Shown here: piece after piece, positions 43,682 to 58,650 of the stretch
Layout of the letters: every line of letters begins with the position of its first letter
How positions within the stretch are numbered: position 1 is the stretch's first letter
Origin: Eledone cirrhosa
Lineage: Eukaryota
NCBI GenBank assembly: GCA_964016885.1
Contig: OZ024743.1
Coordinates: forward strand, 1,426,001 to 1,490,000
Length of the DNA stretch: 64,000 nucleotides
Reading direction: 5' to 3'
The notes under the pieces: model-generated
Database searches by the model: none
Told to the model about the DNA's origin: nothing
Seen by the model: only the letters and a program-made list of their open reading frames with translations
Program-made: the position numbers and the translations under genes

Positions 43682-44495
43682 TATATATGTATATGTATAT
43701 ATATACACATAGACTAGAGTATGTATGTATATATGTGTGTGTCTATAAGAGTGTATATAAATATAAGTTGAGTATAAAAATGTATACACATGAACGCGTA
43801 TGTATGTACATGAATACATGTGTGTATATATATATGTATGCATGTGTATATGTATGTAAGTATGAACATGTTACTATGTGAATGTGAGTATATGTATTTT
43901 GTAGAGGTGTGCAAATATGTTTGTGTGTGAATGCGTGGGTGAAAGGATACTACACTTGAAAGAAAAATTTAAGTCTGAATGTTAATTAAGTTCAAACACA
44001 AAACCAACCACGCATATCTTTACTATCTCTAATCCTTCTATAGATTTAGAAAAATAACCAATAATATATTCTATAAAAATGTCAAAACAACAGATGGGAA
44101 TCTAATTACTCACTGCCACCAAAAATTCTCACTGCTATCAAAAAACCACTCCCTTAACTATTCTTCTAACAACTTCACCCCTCCCTCCTAATATTCTCTA
44201 TAAAAACCAAACAGGTCCTCAGTAATATTATTCTGATGAAATGACAGTAAATAATAACATTGAAATATTGAATGTCTGCATAACTAATACTTTGTAGATA
44301 GCAGCTGTTTTCAGGTTATGTAACTGTTATAGAAACACGTGTCAATAAATTCCTTTCAACTAAACTGTATCCATTCAAATCTTTCTATTTTTCTCCGGAT
44401 TACTTTTGGAACTACAACTGGAACCGCCGAGCAAACTCTACGTGAGCTGTCAATCTACTGTGTGTAATATTTATATTACAACACAACGGAAAATA

Positions 44496-44500
<5 letters not shown>
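42566..44500 (+). mobile_element. 5'-truncated PLE (probably Naiad-type GIY-YIG) with 3' UTR and hammerhead
   Basis: WYNPEYNSSISTN, CNC..CPLGNNCLEKNIIYKCTI...YVGSTATSFKSRLYRH, CKLC...CRHR. (TA)n on both sides. Confidence 0.85.
44228..44348 (+). ncRNA. Type I hammerhead motif (PLE 3' end)
   Basis: ttatt CTGATGA aatgacagt...actgttata GAAA cacgtg TC aataa. Confidence 0.78.
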
Positions 44501-45642
<1,142 letters not shown>

Positions 45643-45643
45643 A

Positions 45644-45761
<118 letters not shown>

Positions 45762-46482
45762 ATATATACATATATATATACATATATATATACTTATATA
45801 TATATATATATATGTATATACATATATATAAAAATAGATTAGAAAACGAAAAGTCAGTGATGCAGCTGAACAATTTATTGTGTGTTACAATTGTTTCGCC
45901 TGCGGACAGCTCGAGACGAGATTGTGTGGATCAGTGAGATTCTGGACCCGCAGGTTCGACGGACATATCTAATCATTAGACGTGTCCCTCGAACCTGGGT
46001 GTCCAGAATCAGACAGATCCACACAATGATCGCGTCTAGAGCTGTCCGCAGGCGAAACAATTGTAACACACAATAGATTGAGTTCAGATGCATCACTGAT
46101 ATTTCGTTTTCTATTCTATCATACTCGCCTCTGTAAGAGCATAGAGTGCTCAATCGGCATACCGCCTATGGAAGCATCTTAGCTACCATCAGACACATAT
46201 ACATATATATATATTAGAATTGGTGCTCTGAAATAGCGATATATATATGAATGTGTATATAGTGTATTTTGCAATACACTGTATGCTTAATTAAAAGCAT
46301 TTCGAAGACCTTACGCTATTGTTTTAGAGTAGTGACAGTCTCACTTACTTTAAATTTTCACCTGTTTGCTGAAAGTTTAAAGTAAGTGTGACTGTCACTA
46401 CTCTAAAACAATAGCGGAAGGTCTTCGAAATGCTTTTAATTAAGCATACAGTGTTTTGCAAAATACACTATATATACATTCG

Positions 46483-46675
<193 letters not shown>

Positions 46676-47337
46676 AAAGAATAGAGGTGTAACACACAAG
46701 TTATTATATATTGGTAAACGGAATAGAAAATGCTGACAAATTGTTCACAGTTGAAAAATGGTTTAATTAGGAATAAAAGAGTATTAGTGATTGTATGGGT
46801 TAGTATTCAGTTGTGGTTTTAAGTTTTTAATTTTGTACCGGTTGCGCATTTCTAAATGCTTTTCAAAAATAATTTTAAGATAGAGTGTCCGTGTTTTTTG
46901 CTCTGATCTGATTAGTTTTGGGAATTCTACCTGTTTTTATGTTAAAAAAGTGGCTCCAGCGTTACTTTGGTGTTGCAAAAATTCTTGTGGTCATAAGAAT
47001 TTTTGCAACACCAAAGTAACGCTGGAGCCACTTTTTTAACATAAAAACAGGTAGAATTCCCAAAACTAATCAGATCAGAGCAAAAAACACGGACACTCTA
47101 TCTCAAAATTATTTTTGAAAAGCATTTAGAAATGCGCAACCGGTAAAAACTTAAAAACTTAAAACAACAACTGAATACTAACCCATACAATCACTAATAC
47201 TCTTTTATTCCTAATTAAATCATTTTTCAACTGTGAACAATTTGTCAGCATTTTCTATTCCGTTTACCAATATATAATAACTTGTGTGTTACACCTCTAT
47301 TCTTTTAACTATCATATCCTCACACGAGATACAGAAA

Positions 47338-48647
47338 ATGCCAACAAAAACGGATACAACCCTCATCAACTCAAATGAAGAGATCCTACAGGAACTCAAG
47401 AAAATCAAAACCAACCTATCTTTGCTGGTCGACAAACTTGACTCCACAAATAAGGAAACCGTCACCGGATACAAACCCTCCGAAATCGGCGACAAACTCC
47501 AAAACCTTTGCGATACTATCCAAACTATGTTCACTACTACCAACCCAGGAAAAACCAACGAAGAACCATGTGAGATGGATTCATACAAAATGAAAATTCG
47601 AACAATTCCAAAATGGAACAAATCCCTCAGAGACAGAAAGTTCTCATTCTGGAAGATGATACAAAATCACAACAAAGCAGAGATATATGAAAAATGGCTT
47701 AACTCAACCCCTCTAACTCTCCTCCGTAAACTACAAATAAAGTCCATTCCAAATGAACCCGAACCTCAAAGACACCTTAGGGAATGAATGGCATTGGAAA
47801 AAATGAAGACAGAAATTGAACTTCTTAAACTGAGGGCCCAGACAAATGAGGAAAAAATCAAAACCATCGATGAAGAGATCCTCCTGGAAATCAACAACAA
47901 AACTGAAGGCCCCAAGGTAGAGAAGATCTCCAAATTATGGAAAGGGGACTGCAACAGAGAAGAACTGAAATCCCTTCAACGCTGGCAAAAAAGTGCCGCT
48001 TGGTTCCTACACTATGAATCGACTTTTCAAACGGATTACACCTCCAATAACCCGTTCATAAAAATAGGAAAACCCATAACTGAACTGCACAACAACTTCT
48101 CAAACCCCCAAGCCTCTAACAAACGAAGAAGGAAGCACCACACCGAAGATGAACTTCCCAACCTCGCTACCATAAGAAGGAACAAAAACCCAAGAAATCA
48201 TCTCCCCCAGAATGACATTTACAACTTTCCCCCTTCAAGGAGACACCATACCAAATCACTCAACTACTACGCGGATGCCTCATCATCAAACATAGGGAAA
48301 AGATACCACTGCCATGATAGATGTAACAACTTCCCCGCTTCAAGGGACAGCAAGGTAATTACCATTTTCTCAACTCTCGCTTCCACAATACACAACAAAC
48401 CCACACCACACGATACAACCAACAACGTAGGCCACTTATAACACCACAATACAACATGGCACATAGAAACACACACCCATACTCGCAGTACAGGAACACC
48501 CCATTCAATCTACAACCACCAACCCGAACCACATTTTACAACAACAAGGAATATAACAAACACAGGAGACCACTTAACATCAGCAGACAACCCCTCTACC
48601 CCAACCATTTTTTAGACACAGCACACAGATACAGGCAAACAAAATAA
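47338..48647 (+). pseudogene. PLE upstream ORF1-like region (coiled-coil N-half, N/R/Q/H-rich C-half), disrupted
   Basis: ORFs 47284-47787 and 47788-48441 share a frame across one TGA; a frameshift near 48340-48440 links to 48456-48647. Heptad-like L/I/E/K runs. Confidence 0.6.
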
Positions 48648-50932
48648 CACAAGACAGGGAGGAGAAACCGATAGTAATAAAAATTATCAATCTTACTAGT
48701 GCAGAACCAACACCCAACCTTATCAACTTACTCTCCAAAGGTCTTAAATTCACACCGACCCCACTACGTCCTAACTACTATGAAATGAAGGAAGACATCA
48801 CAGACTTCTGTAGAAAGTTACGACTTAGTGAACAACTATTCGACCAGTACAATGAGGATGAATCATTAGCCAGAAATAGAAGCAATTACACCCCTTCAAA
48901 AGGTAGAAATAAAATCCTGGACGAATTCTGTGAACACATCACAAACTTCCCTTACCAACACTTGCACAGACAAAAACACAAGCCAAACCTCAACAAGAAA
49001 GAATGGGAAGAATTAAATAGATTAAAAACCGACAGAAGCATTACAATTAAAGAGGCTGATAAAGGGAGTACAGTAGTCCTAATGGAGACAGAATTCTATA
49101 TCAACTTAGCGCTCTCCACTTTGGAAAACGAAACATACTACGAAAAGGCTGAACACTACAATCAACAGAAAATTATGAGAAACCTAAAAACTCTAATCAA
49201 CCAATACAAAGAAGGACTCACTAACAAGGAATTCAGCTTCATCACAGACTTCACAAGTAAATCCAGCCTCTTCTACGGTATCCCTAAAGTACATAAAAGT
49301 GAATCAATAAGTAAGGCATGCAAGGAAGCCACAGACATAGTCATCAATGTCCCCTCACCCAATGATCTCAAATTAAGACCTATAATAGCAGGCCCCGCTT
49401 GCGAAACGCACCGTCTTAGCAACTTCATTGATACCCTTCTCAAACCCTTCCTCAAACACATCAAAAGCTATATAAGGGACGACCTAGATATGCTCAATCA
49501 CCTCCCTAATATGCCACTTTCTGAACAAACCCTACTAGTGACGTTCGATGTAGTCAACATATACTCCAACATCCCCCACAACCTAGGAATAGAAGCTATC
49601 CAATTCTGGCTGGATAATTTCCACAATGAACTCCCACAACGCATCAAAAAAGAATTCGTGATAGAGGGACTCAAATTTATCTTGGAGAACAATTACTTCG
49701 TTTTCAATAACAAACCCTACAGGCAGAAATCTGGGACCGCTATGGGAACGAAAACAGCCCCCACTTATGCCAACCTAGTCATGGGATACCTGGAAATCAC
49801 CCTCTACACTAAAGTCCTAAACAAATTTGGAAACACCCTCCACTTACGCATTGAAAGGAACTGGAAGCGATATCTAGATGACTGCTTCATCCTTTGGCAC
49901 GAAAACATCGAAAAACTTAAAGAATTTCACACCCTTATAAATGGGCTCAACACGAATATTAACTTCACGATGGATTACAGCCATCAACAACTCCCCTTCC
50001 TCGACATCCTCATTAAGATCCATAACAAAAAAATAGAAACAGACATATACTACAAGCCCACAGACTCCAAGCAATATCTCCCCTTCAACTCTTGCCACCC
50101 TAGACACGTTAAAATTAATATTCCCTACAACTTAGCCAAGAGAATCTGTACTATAGTCTCCAATAAAAACATCTGCTACTTACGGCTACAAGAACTAAAG
50201 GACACACTCATAGGCAGGGACTACCCTGCATCACTAATTGACAATGGAATCCAACGTGCCCTAAAACTCAGTACCCAGGACCTTAGACACCCTAAAGTAA
50301 ATAAACCGAAACTAAAAGCTCTTCCATACATCTCCACACACAACCCTCTCAACAATGAGGCCTTTGACACCATCCTCCAGAACATCCCTGTGTTGAAAAA
50401 GGACCATAGAATGAACCAAATTCTACGAACACACGATATCATAAAGAGCAAAAGACAATCCAAGTCAATGAAAAACATCCTAACACATGCCAAAGTACTG
50501 CCAACCACAACAACGAAACCCACAGTAAAAAATTGCGATAGACCCAACTGTGGCATTTGCATCAACCTAATAGAGGGTTCGGAATTCTATTTCAAAGATG
50601 GACAACGTTTTATAGTAAAACACAATTTCACATGTGCATCGGAAAATCTAATATATGTATTAACTTGCTCAGGTTGTCGAGAACAATACATAGGCCAGAC
50701 CAAAAACAGCCTCCGCCAACGCATGACTGTCCATAGATCCCAAATTAAAATATGGGAATACAGGAAAATACCACTGAGTGAACACATTGATACCTGTGCC
50801 GCCCAAAATCATCCCAACTTCAGAATCTTTCCCCTCTACAAATTTAAAGATAATGCCACCCACACCCAGCGCATCAGCAAGGAATCTTACTTCATTAACA
50901 AATACGGACCCCGTCTAAACACTTCTCCCTAA
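48608..50932 (+). CDS. PLE reverse transcriptase + GIY-YIG endonuclease
   Basis: LLSKGLKFTPTP, ADKG, YGIPKVHK, LRPII, FDVVNIYSNI, QKSGTAMG, RYLDD, CxxxxCxxC linker, LIYVLTC..C..QYIGQT..R...H. Frame is open from 48608; first ATG at 48785. Confidence 0.95.
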   Translation, partial: FFRHSTQIQANKITQDREEKPIVIKIINLTSAEPTPNLINLLSKGLKFTPTPLRPNYYEMKEDITDFCRKLRLSEQLFDQYNEDESLARNRSNYTPSKGRNKILDEFCEHITNFPYQHLHRQKHKPNLNKKEWEELNRLKTDRSITIKEADKGSTVVLMETEFYINLALSTLENETYYEKAEHYNQQKIMRNLKTLINQYKEGLTNKEFSFITDFTSKSSLFYGIPKVHKSESISKACKEATDIVINVPSPNDLKLRPIIAGPACETHRLSNFIDTLLKPFLKHIKSYIRDDLDMLNHLPNMPLSEQTLLVTFDVVNIYSNIPHNLGIEAIQFWLDNFHNELPQRIKKEFVIEGLKFILENNYFVFNNKPYRQKSGTAMGTKTAPTYANLVMGYLEITLYTKVLNKFGNTLHLRIERNWKRYLDDCFILWHENIEKLKEFHTLINGLNTNINFTMDYSHQQLPFLDILIKIHNKKIETDIYYKPTDSKQYLPFNSCHPRHVKINIPYNLAKRICTIVSNKNICYLRLQELKDTLIGRDYPASLIDNGIQRALKLSTQDLRHPKVNKPKLKALPYISTHNPLNNEAFDTILQNIPVLKKDHRMNQILRTHDIIKSKRQSKSMKNILTHAKVLPTTTTKPTVKNCDRPNCGICINLIEGSEFYFKDGQRFIVKHNFTCASENLIYVLTCSGCREQYIGQTKNSLRQRMTVHRSQIKIWEYRKIPLSEHIDTCAAQNHPNFRIFPLYKFKDNATHTQRISKESYFINKYGPRLNTSP

Positions 50933-51062
50933 GACGAACCCACAACATACACACGTTAACATACATACCTACATCAGCACACATCTCCACCCACATATAA
51001 ACACAATGACGTACGTAAACACACATGCTCTATGGTGCAACACAGAAAAATATATGTGTATA

Positions 51063-51114
<52 letters not shown>

Positions 51115-51121
<7 letters not shown>

Positions 51122-51493
51122 ATTATTATTATGTAATAAACAACATAAAGCAATTATTCCATTTACCAGTGGTTTCTTAAAAGCAAAAGGTTTTGCTTTC
51201 AATCCTCAGAATGAAAAATCCTGGTTTGTTTATTGAATTTGGATTCTAAAAACAAAAATGCAATCTATATGAAAGTGAGGCTGGAAAAGGGAGAAGGAAA
51301 GGAAAAATAAAATAAAACTACACATGCAAACACACACACAAAAAAAAACACAAAAGCATACTTACACACACATACATATATACATATATATAAATGTACG
51401 CATACATATATACATATACACATATATATATATATAAAACGTACACCTACACACACATACACATATATACACACATATACACATACATACATT

Positions 51494-51524
<31 letters not shown>

Positions 51525-52247
51525 ATATACACACACACACACACACATACACACACACATATATATATATGTACATATATACATATATATATATATACAC
51601 ACATACACACATACACACACACACACACATGTGTGTGTACAAGCATACACATACACAAACATAGCCATACACACACACATATATATACACATACATACAT
51701 TCACACAAACATACAACGTACATACATACACATACATGAATGCACTCCTCTACATATTCACACACGCAAATAAATATAAGAAAAAAATATATAAATATAT
51801 ATTTAAAAATTTTTGACACCGATACATGCCCCAGCTAACAGGACAGACACGCGTGGTAAGTAATACACACAAAAGCACATATACATACGTACGAAATAGT
51901 AAACACATACACACACTCTCACACATAAATATACATATACAAATACATAAACACGTACATACACATACATACACAAACACGCACACGTATATAATATATA
52001 TATTTGTGTGTGTATATGTATGTATATGTGGATAAACCAGGCTTTTTTTCATTCTGAAGATTGAAGGAAACTTTTTTTGCTTTTAAGAAACCTCTGGTGA
52101 ATGGATTAATTGCCTTGTGTTGCTTTATTACTTTACTACTATATATACGTTTATGTAAGGTTCATTTGTCTTATCTAATACTGAGCTTTACACATACACA
52201 CATGTATATGTGTGTGTGTATGTGTATGCATGTGCGTATGTGTACGT

Positions 52248-52297
<50 letters not shown>

Positions 52298-52359
52298 ATA
52301 TATATATGTATGTATGTATATGTGTGCATGTGTATTTATTTATTTTTATGTATGTGTGG

Positions 52360-52390
<31 letters not shown>

Positions 52391-52533
52391 TGTGTGTGTG
52401 TTTGTATTTGGTTGTGCGTGCTTTTGATATATACGTATTTGCATGTGTATTATTGTTTAGCTATGTATGTATATGTGTGTTTACGTATATATATGTGTGT
52501 GTGTGTGCGTTTATATTTTTATATTTTTGTATG

Positions 52534-52568
<35 letters not shown>

Positions 52569-52992
52569 ATAATTACATATATATGTGTGTGTTTATATTA
52601 TATACGTGTGCGTGTTTGTGTATGTATGTGTATGTACGTGTTTATGTATTTGTATATGTATATTTATGTGTGAGAGTGTGTGTATGTGTTTACTATTTCG
52701 TACGTATGTATATGTGCTTTTGTGTGTATTACTTACCACGCGTGTCTGTCCTGTTAGCTGGGGCATGTATTGGTGTCAAAAATTTTTTAATATATATTTA
52801 TATATTTTTTTCTTATATTTATTTGCGTGTGTGAATATGTAGAGGAGTGCATTCATGTATGTGTATGTATGTACGTTGTATGTTTGTGTGAATGTATGTA
52901 TGTGTATATATATGTGTGTGTGTATGGCTATGTTTGTGTATGTGTATGCTTGTACACACACATGTGTGTGTGTGTGTATGTGTGTATGTGTG

Positions 52993-53076
<84 letters not shown>

Positions 53077-53100
53077 TATATATATATATATGTGTGTGTA

Positions 53101-53144
<44 letters not shown>

Positions 53145-53580
53145 AATGTATGTATGTGTATATGTGTGTATATATGTGTATGTGTGTGTAGGTGTACGTT
53201 TTATATATATATATGTGTGTATATGTATATATGTATGCGTACATTTATATCTATGTATATATGTATGTGTGTGTAAGTATGCTTTTGTGTTTTTTTGTGC
53301 GTGTGTTTGCATGTGTAGTTTTATTTTATTTTTCCTTTCCTTCTCCCTTTTCCAGCCTCACTTTCATATAGATTGCATTTTTGTTTTTAGAATCCAAATT
53401 CAATAAACAAACCAGGATTTTTCATTCTGAGGATTGAAAGCAAAATTTTGCTTTTAAGAAACCACTGGTAAATGGAATAATTGCCTTATGTTGTTTATTA
53501 CATAATAATAATAATTAAGCTCTGTTGCCTACATAGAGCACTCTTTTTTCCTGGACGTTTCCGATGGAATTACTTCATTT
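51115..53580. mobile_element. 2.4-kb fold-back element (~0.9-kb arms) nested in the PLE 3' UTR
   Basis: 51115-52000 is inverted versus 52595-53515; three hammerhead copies; microsatellite-rich body. Confidence 0.85.
53421..53477 (+). ncRNA. Type I hammerhead motif (mirror at 51157-51215; decayed copy ~52049-52105)
   Basis: tcatt CTGAGGA ttgaaagcaaaa/ttttgcttttaa GAAA ccactgg TA aatgg. Confidence 0.8.
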
Positions 53581-54559
53581 ACACATATAAAATTGAATAA
53601 TGTACACCATTTTACCAGGGGGAAAAAAATACTGGTCCTCCCACACACACACACACACACACATATATACACACACACATACACACGCGTACATTAACAT
53701 ACAAAGAGACTTATACACACACACACATATATACACACACACATACACACGCGTACATTAACATACAAAGAGACTTATACACACACACACACACACGCGC
53801 ACTTCTCCGTATAAGACAAAAGCTGAAAAATATCTTTTGACATGCTAAAATACCCCCCATTGCTTTCAGACACATTCTTACTGACCATCCCTGCTACCAC
53901 GAATTACTCTGCTATACACACACACACACACACACTTATCTTAATAGCCATTTGACACACATCCCTTCTAACCATTATCACAACATCGAAGACCTTACTA
54001 CTACTACACACACACACACACACACACACATTTTTGTTATGAAAGAGTCATTTCTCAATCTTGGCGCAAAACCAATTTTTTATTCACATGACCTCTACCG
54101 ACCAATCAAAATTGTTTTGACCACAAGAATTTTTGCAAACACCAAATAGCGCTGGAGCCACTTTTTTAACATAAAAACAGTCTTGGCGCAAAATCAATTT
54201 TTTACATTCACATGACCTCTACCGACCAATCAAAATTGTTTTGACCACAAGAATTTTTGCAACACCAAAGTAACGCTGGAGCCACTTTTTTAACATAAAA
54301 ACAGGTAGAATTCCCAAAACTAATCAGATCAGAGCAAACAGCACGGACACACTATCTCAAAATTATTTTTGAAAAGCATTTAGAAATGCGCAACCGGTAA
54401 AAACTTAAAAACTTAAAACCACAACTGAATACTAACCCATACAATCACTAATACTCTTTTATTCCTAATTAAACCATTTTTCAACTGTGAACAATTTGTC
54501 AGCATTTTCTATTCCGTTTACCAATATATAATAACTTGTGTGTTACACCTCTATTCTTT

Positions 54560-54739
<180 letters not shown>

Positions 54740-54852
54740 ATGTATTTTGCAATACACTTTATGCTTAATTAAAAGCATTTTGAAGACCGTATGCTATTGT
54801 TTTAGAGTAGTGACAAATTCTCTTACTTTAATCTCAGCAAACAGGGGAGATA

Positions 54853-54897
54853 AGCCGACAAGGCCTTGTTTCGCATTTATTGATGCTTATCAAGGCT
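54853..54897 (-). ncRNA. Minimal hammerhead with U3-A8 core variant
   Basis: agcc TTGATAA gcat caataa atgc GAAA caaggccttg TC ggct. Confidence 0.78.
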
Positions 54898-55308
54898 AAC
54901 TACTCTCTCCTGTCTACCGAGATCACTGATGTTATATTCTTATAGAATTCTAGTAAATAATCAGGAACTGATTATACAGAGCGGTTGTTGGTCAGGCAGT
55001 TGGACCAACAACCGCTCTGTATAATCAGTTCGGTCTTCAATGCGGTCTTCAAAATGCTTCACTGCCATGACTAAATTTTAACAATCAACATAGTCAAGGT
55101 ATGTCAGGCATCAACTTATTTTATCTGATGAGGACGTACTGTTGAAATAGCTCAGTACCTCTGAAATATGTATAATAAAATATATTTGATCACATGAATG
55201 TCTATATTTATTAATATTTTGAAGTAATATATATATATATAGTAGAATAATCGAGTATCGAAAAATCGGCGCACGAGTTCACGATAAACAAAATTCGATA
55301 TGAGCGGC

Positions 55309-55383
<75 letters not shown>

Positions 55384-55404
55384 TTAGTGTGTGAGTGTGT
55401 GTGC

Positions 55405-55454
<50 letters not shown>

Positions 55455-55471
55455 ATATATATATACACATA

Positions 55472-55519
<48 letters not shown>

Positions 55520-55668
55520 TTAGTGTGTGAGTGTGTGTGCGTGTGTGTGTGTGTATATACATATATATATATATATGTATGTATATATATATACACATAC
55601 CTTTGAAATATATATAATAAAGCATATCTTTCATTTGTTAATATTTTGAATAATATTATATATATATG

Positions 55669-55785
<117 letters not shown>

Positions 55786-55968
55786 CCAAAAGTTTAACAA
55801 GGTTCATTGATTAATCAATGAAAATAGTTTTACAATAGATTAGAAGCACTCAACAGATTTTGGAGTTATTAATATTATTTCAAAATATTAATAAATAGAC
55901 ATTCATGTGATCAAATATATATATATGTGATCAATATATTCATGTGATCAAATATATATATATGTGAT

Positions 55969-56003
<35 letters not shown>

Positions 56004-56235
56004 GAAACACACAGATACATGCGGGGACACACATATATACATGAATGCATCCGCACCCAACTGTGAGTTAAGGGTGCCAACTTCACCGATGTTGCTCAAT
56101 GAATGACTGGGACAGACTAATTCAGTTTGAACCAGACTGAACCAGTATCAGAGTTAAAAATACATTATGAAGAGAGAAGAAACATTTAGATATAATTAGT
56201 AATAAAATGTATCATACCTAAACTGTTCCTAAATT

Positions 56236-56321
56236 CCTCGACTACGTAGTTTCGTGGCATAAACAAAAACAATATATCAAAGATATAGAGTCCTTGCGAG
56301 GTCTGCCGACTTATCAAGAGG
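56236..56321 (-). ncRNA. Hammerhead with U3-A8 core variant
   Basis: cctc TTGATAA gtcggca...tgccac GAAA ctacgtag TC gagg. Confidence 0.75.
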
Positions 56322-56503
56322 ATACCTCATTTTACTAGTCTCGAGAACGCGTCTACACGACGTGAGAAAGAATCCCAAAAGGCGGAGGGGGAGACAGTCA
56401 CGCGATATAACGGTCGAGAAACATATATATATATGTGGGGGGGGTCTCTGTGTGTGTGTGTGTATTGTTAGAGATCACTTGATTTTATGGTATTATATTT
56501 CAG

Positions 56504-57073
56504 TGACGTGTCGAAAGTCTTATGCTGATGTCATGTTTGTTTTGGATGAATCCGGCAGCGTTGGCACTACTAACTTTATGAAAATGAAAGATTTTACAAA
56601 AGATATCATTAAATATGTTCCTGTTAGTTCCAATGCTATGCGGATAGGTTTTGTTACATATAACTCTGTTGTTGTAAATGAGTTTAACTTGAATAAATAT
56701 TCTACTAAAGCGCAAGTAGTCAAGGTCATTGACAATATCCGTTTTAAAGGTGGAGACACTGACACTCATAAAGCGTTGGATTTTATGAGAAAACAGTAAT
56801 TTACCGCAAAAAAGGGAGGCAGGAAGAATGTACGAAATATTGCCATAGTGATGACTGATGGAGAGTCATCGAATAAAAAGTCTACAAAAACTGCTGCTAA
56901 GAATCTAAAGACTCTTGGCACTCTTGTATTTGCTATCGGAGTAAAAAAAAACTATGATAAAGAGGAAATTAAAAACATTGCAAGCAAACCAACTTCAAAA
57001 TTTGCACTTGCTGTAAAAGATTTTACATCCTTGAAAACTATTGTAAAAAGTATTGCTTCGAAAACTTGTGAAT
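56504..57073 (+). pseudogene. VWA domain exon with in-frame TAA (56797-56799)
   Basis: tttcAG...GTgagt; 570 bp. ADVMFVLDESGS MIDAS. ORFs 56362-56799 and 56848-57168 are the same frame separated by one stop. Confidence 0.88.
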
Positions 57074-57478
57074 GTGAGTATTCTCTTGCTTCATTTTATT
57101 ATTTATTTTCTCGTAAATTAGAAAATTTTGTTTCCATTTGTATATGTTTGAAATATACATTCTTATAACAGTTCTAATCAGTAGATTGGAGAACGATCAT
57201 CAGTATATTTTACTATGTTTTCAATATAATTATTTACAGTAAATATGCTTCTCTTTCGAAAAGCTCTGGATCTGGTCATTGTTTTAGAGTAGTTATCTAT
57301 TCGTTTATTTTCACGTACATTAAATATTCGGACGAGGAAGCCCGCCTAGCTTTGGAAATATTAAATAGTAATCCCTGAACAGAGATAAATATTTATAGGT
57401 TCTGTTTGAGATATGTGTGGTTATTTATTTTGAAGCAAGAAGTAGTGAAATGTTATTTACATACCACACATTAATAGT

Positions 57479-57820
57479 AATTGTTTCTACTTTTGGCACA
57501 ATGCCAGCAATTACTCCAGTGCATTACTGGTGCTTTATTTTATCGGCCCCATAAGAATGAATTCAGATCGGTGGGATTTGAACTCAGAACGTCAAGGGCC
57601 ATAACTCCATGCTGCAAAGCATGGTGTCTGACGCTCTACTTATATCGATACTGCCATATAGTAATAAAGCAATAATTGTTTCTACTTTAGGCACAAGGCC
57701 AGCAATTATCAGTACATTACTGATACTTTATTTTATCGACCCCGTAAGGATGAAAGACAAAGTTAACCTCGGCGGGATTTGAACTCAGACTGTAAAGGGA
57801 CGTAACTATGCTAGAAAGCA
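57479..57820 (-). mobile_element. Two adjacent SINE family A copies
   Basis: Copies at ~57479-57656 (diverged) and ~57672-57820. catagtaataaagcaataat-like direct repeat flanks the second (possible TSD). Confidence 0.85.
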
Positions 57821-58519
57821 TAGTAATAAAGCAATAATCCGCTCCGCGATGAAATAATGAAATTTCGTGAAGGCGAGAGTCAATATATTGGATGCTGTAT
57901 ACAAGAAATATTTATTGAAGGGATCTGCCAATCTCTCTAGCATCCGCTCCATATCTATGTTGATTTATCGTGTGGGGTCTGGTGTGGAGAAAATATGGGA
58001 AGCCTGCTTTTGAAATCATGAGGTGATGCTATGCCCAATATTGTGAAGAAATCTTTCTTTTAATATAAGGTTGTTCCGTAAAGTCGGATCCGCAGTACTG
58101 GAGTAATCCAAAGATTGGTAATCGTGAGAATGACCTGAGTGTTGAAGTAGGGACCTCGGATTCCATGAGAACAGGACTTGTTTGATTCTTATTTAAATAC
58201 ACAGTTACTTGAATTGCTGGAAATAGTAGGCAAATAAGACCTATATTACAACCTACCATTTAAAAGAAAGAAGCATAGAAAAAGATCGAAAGGTGTATTT
58301 AAAATCTAAGGTTGCTAAATCAGGACAGAAAATGTCAAAACACAACAATAACAAGAAATAGACGATTGAATTTGGGGTAGAAAATGTTTTGTAGAAGATT
58401 TAACCATGCTAAGAAAATCAATGTCCTAATTCTCTATTAGGAACGATCGACCTTCGTCAAATCGGACCAAGGAAACAATGTTTCCATTGGTCTTTCCAAT
58501 TGCTAATACTATCTATCGG

Positions 58520-58650
58520 CCCAGGTAGAAGGAGCAACGTGAAATAAAGTGTCTTGCTCAAGGACATAACGCATCGCCCGGTCCGGGAATCGAACTCACA
58601 ATCTCACGATTGCGAATCCGATTCTCGAACCACTCAGCCACACGCCTTCA
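58520..58650 (-). mobile_element. tRNA-derived CORE-type SINE
   Basis: Reverse strand: ggcgtgtggctgagtggtt (A-box), gagttcgattccc (B-box), gttatgtccttgagcaagacactttatttcac (CORE-like). Confidence 0.8.

Noticed and set aside
46728-46772. Hammerhead-like CTGACAA...GAAA in the main PLE pLTR
   Set aside because: C3-A8 mismatch, weak stem I, antisense to the ORF in the direct pLTRs.
47785-47787. In-frame TGA in PLE ORF1 as selenocysteine or programmed readthrough
   Set aside because: Not a Cys-like context, no SECIS recognised; a point mutation such as CGA>TGA is simpler.
56797-56799. TAA stops (also 38619) rescued to Trp by A-to-I editing
   Set aside because: Aligned positions in paralogs are Ser/Met and Glu, not Trp; single substitutions (TCA, GAA) explain them.
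57850-58500. Possible decayed coding sequence on the - strand
   Set aside because: No recognisable domain motif could be read with confidence.
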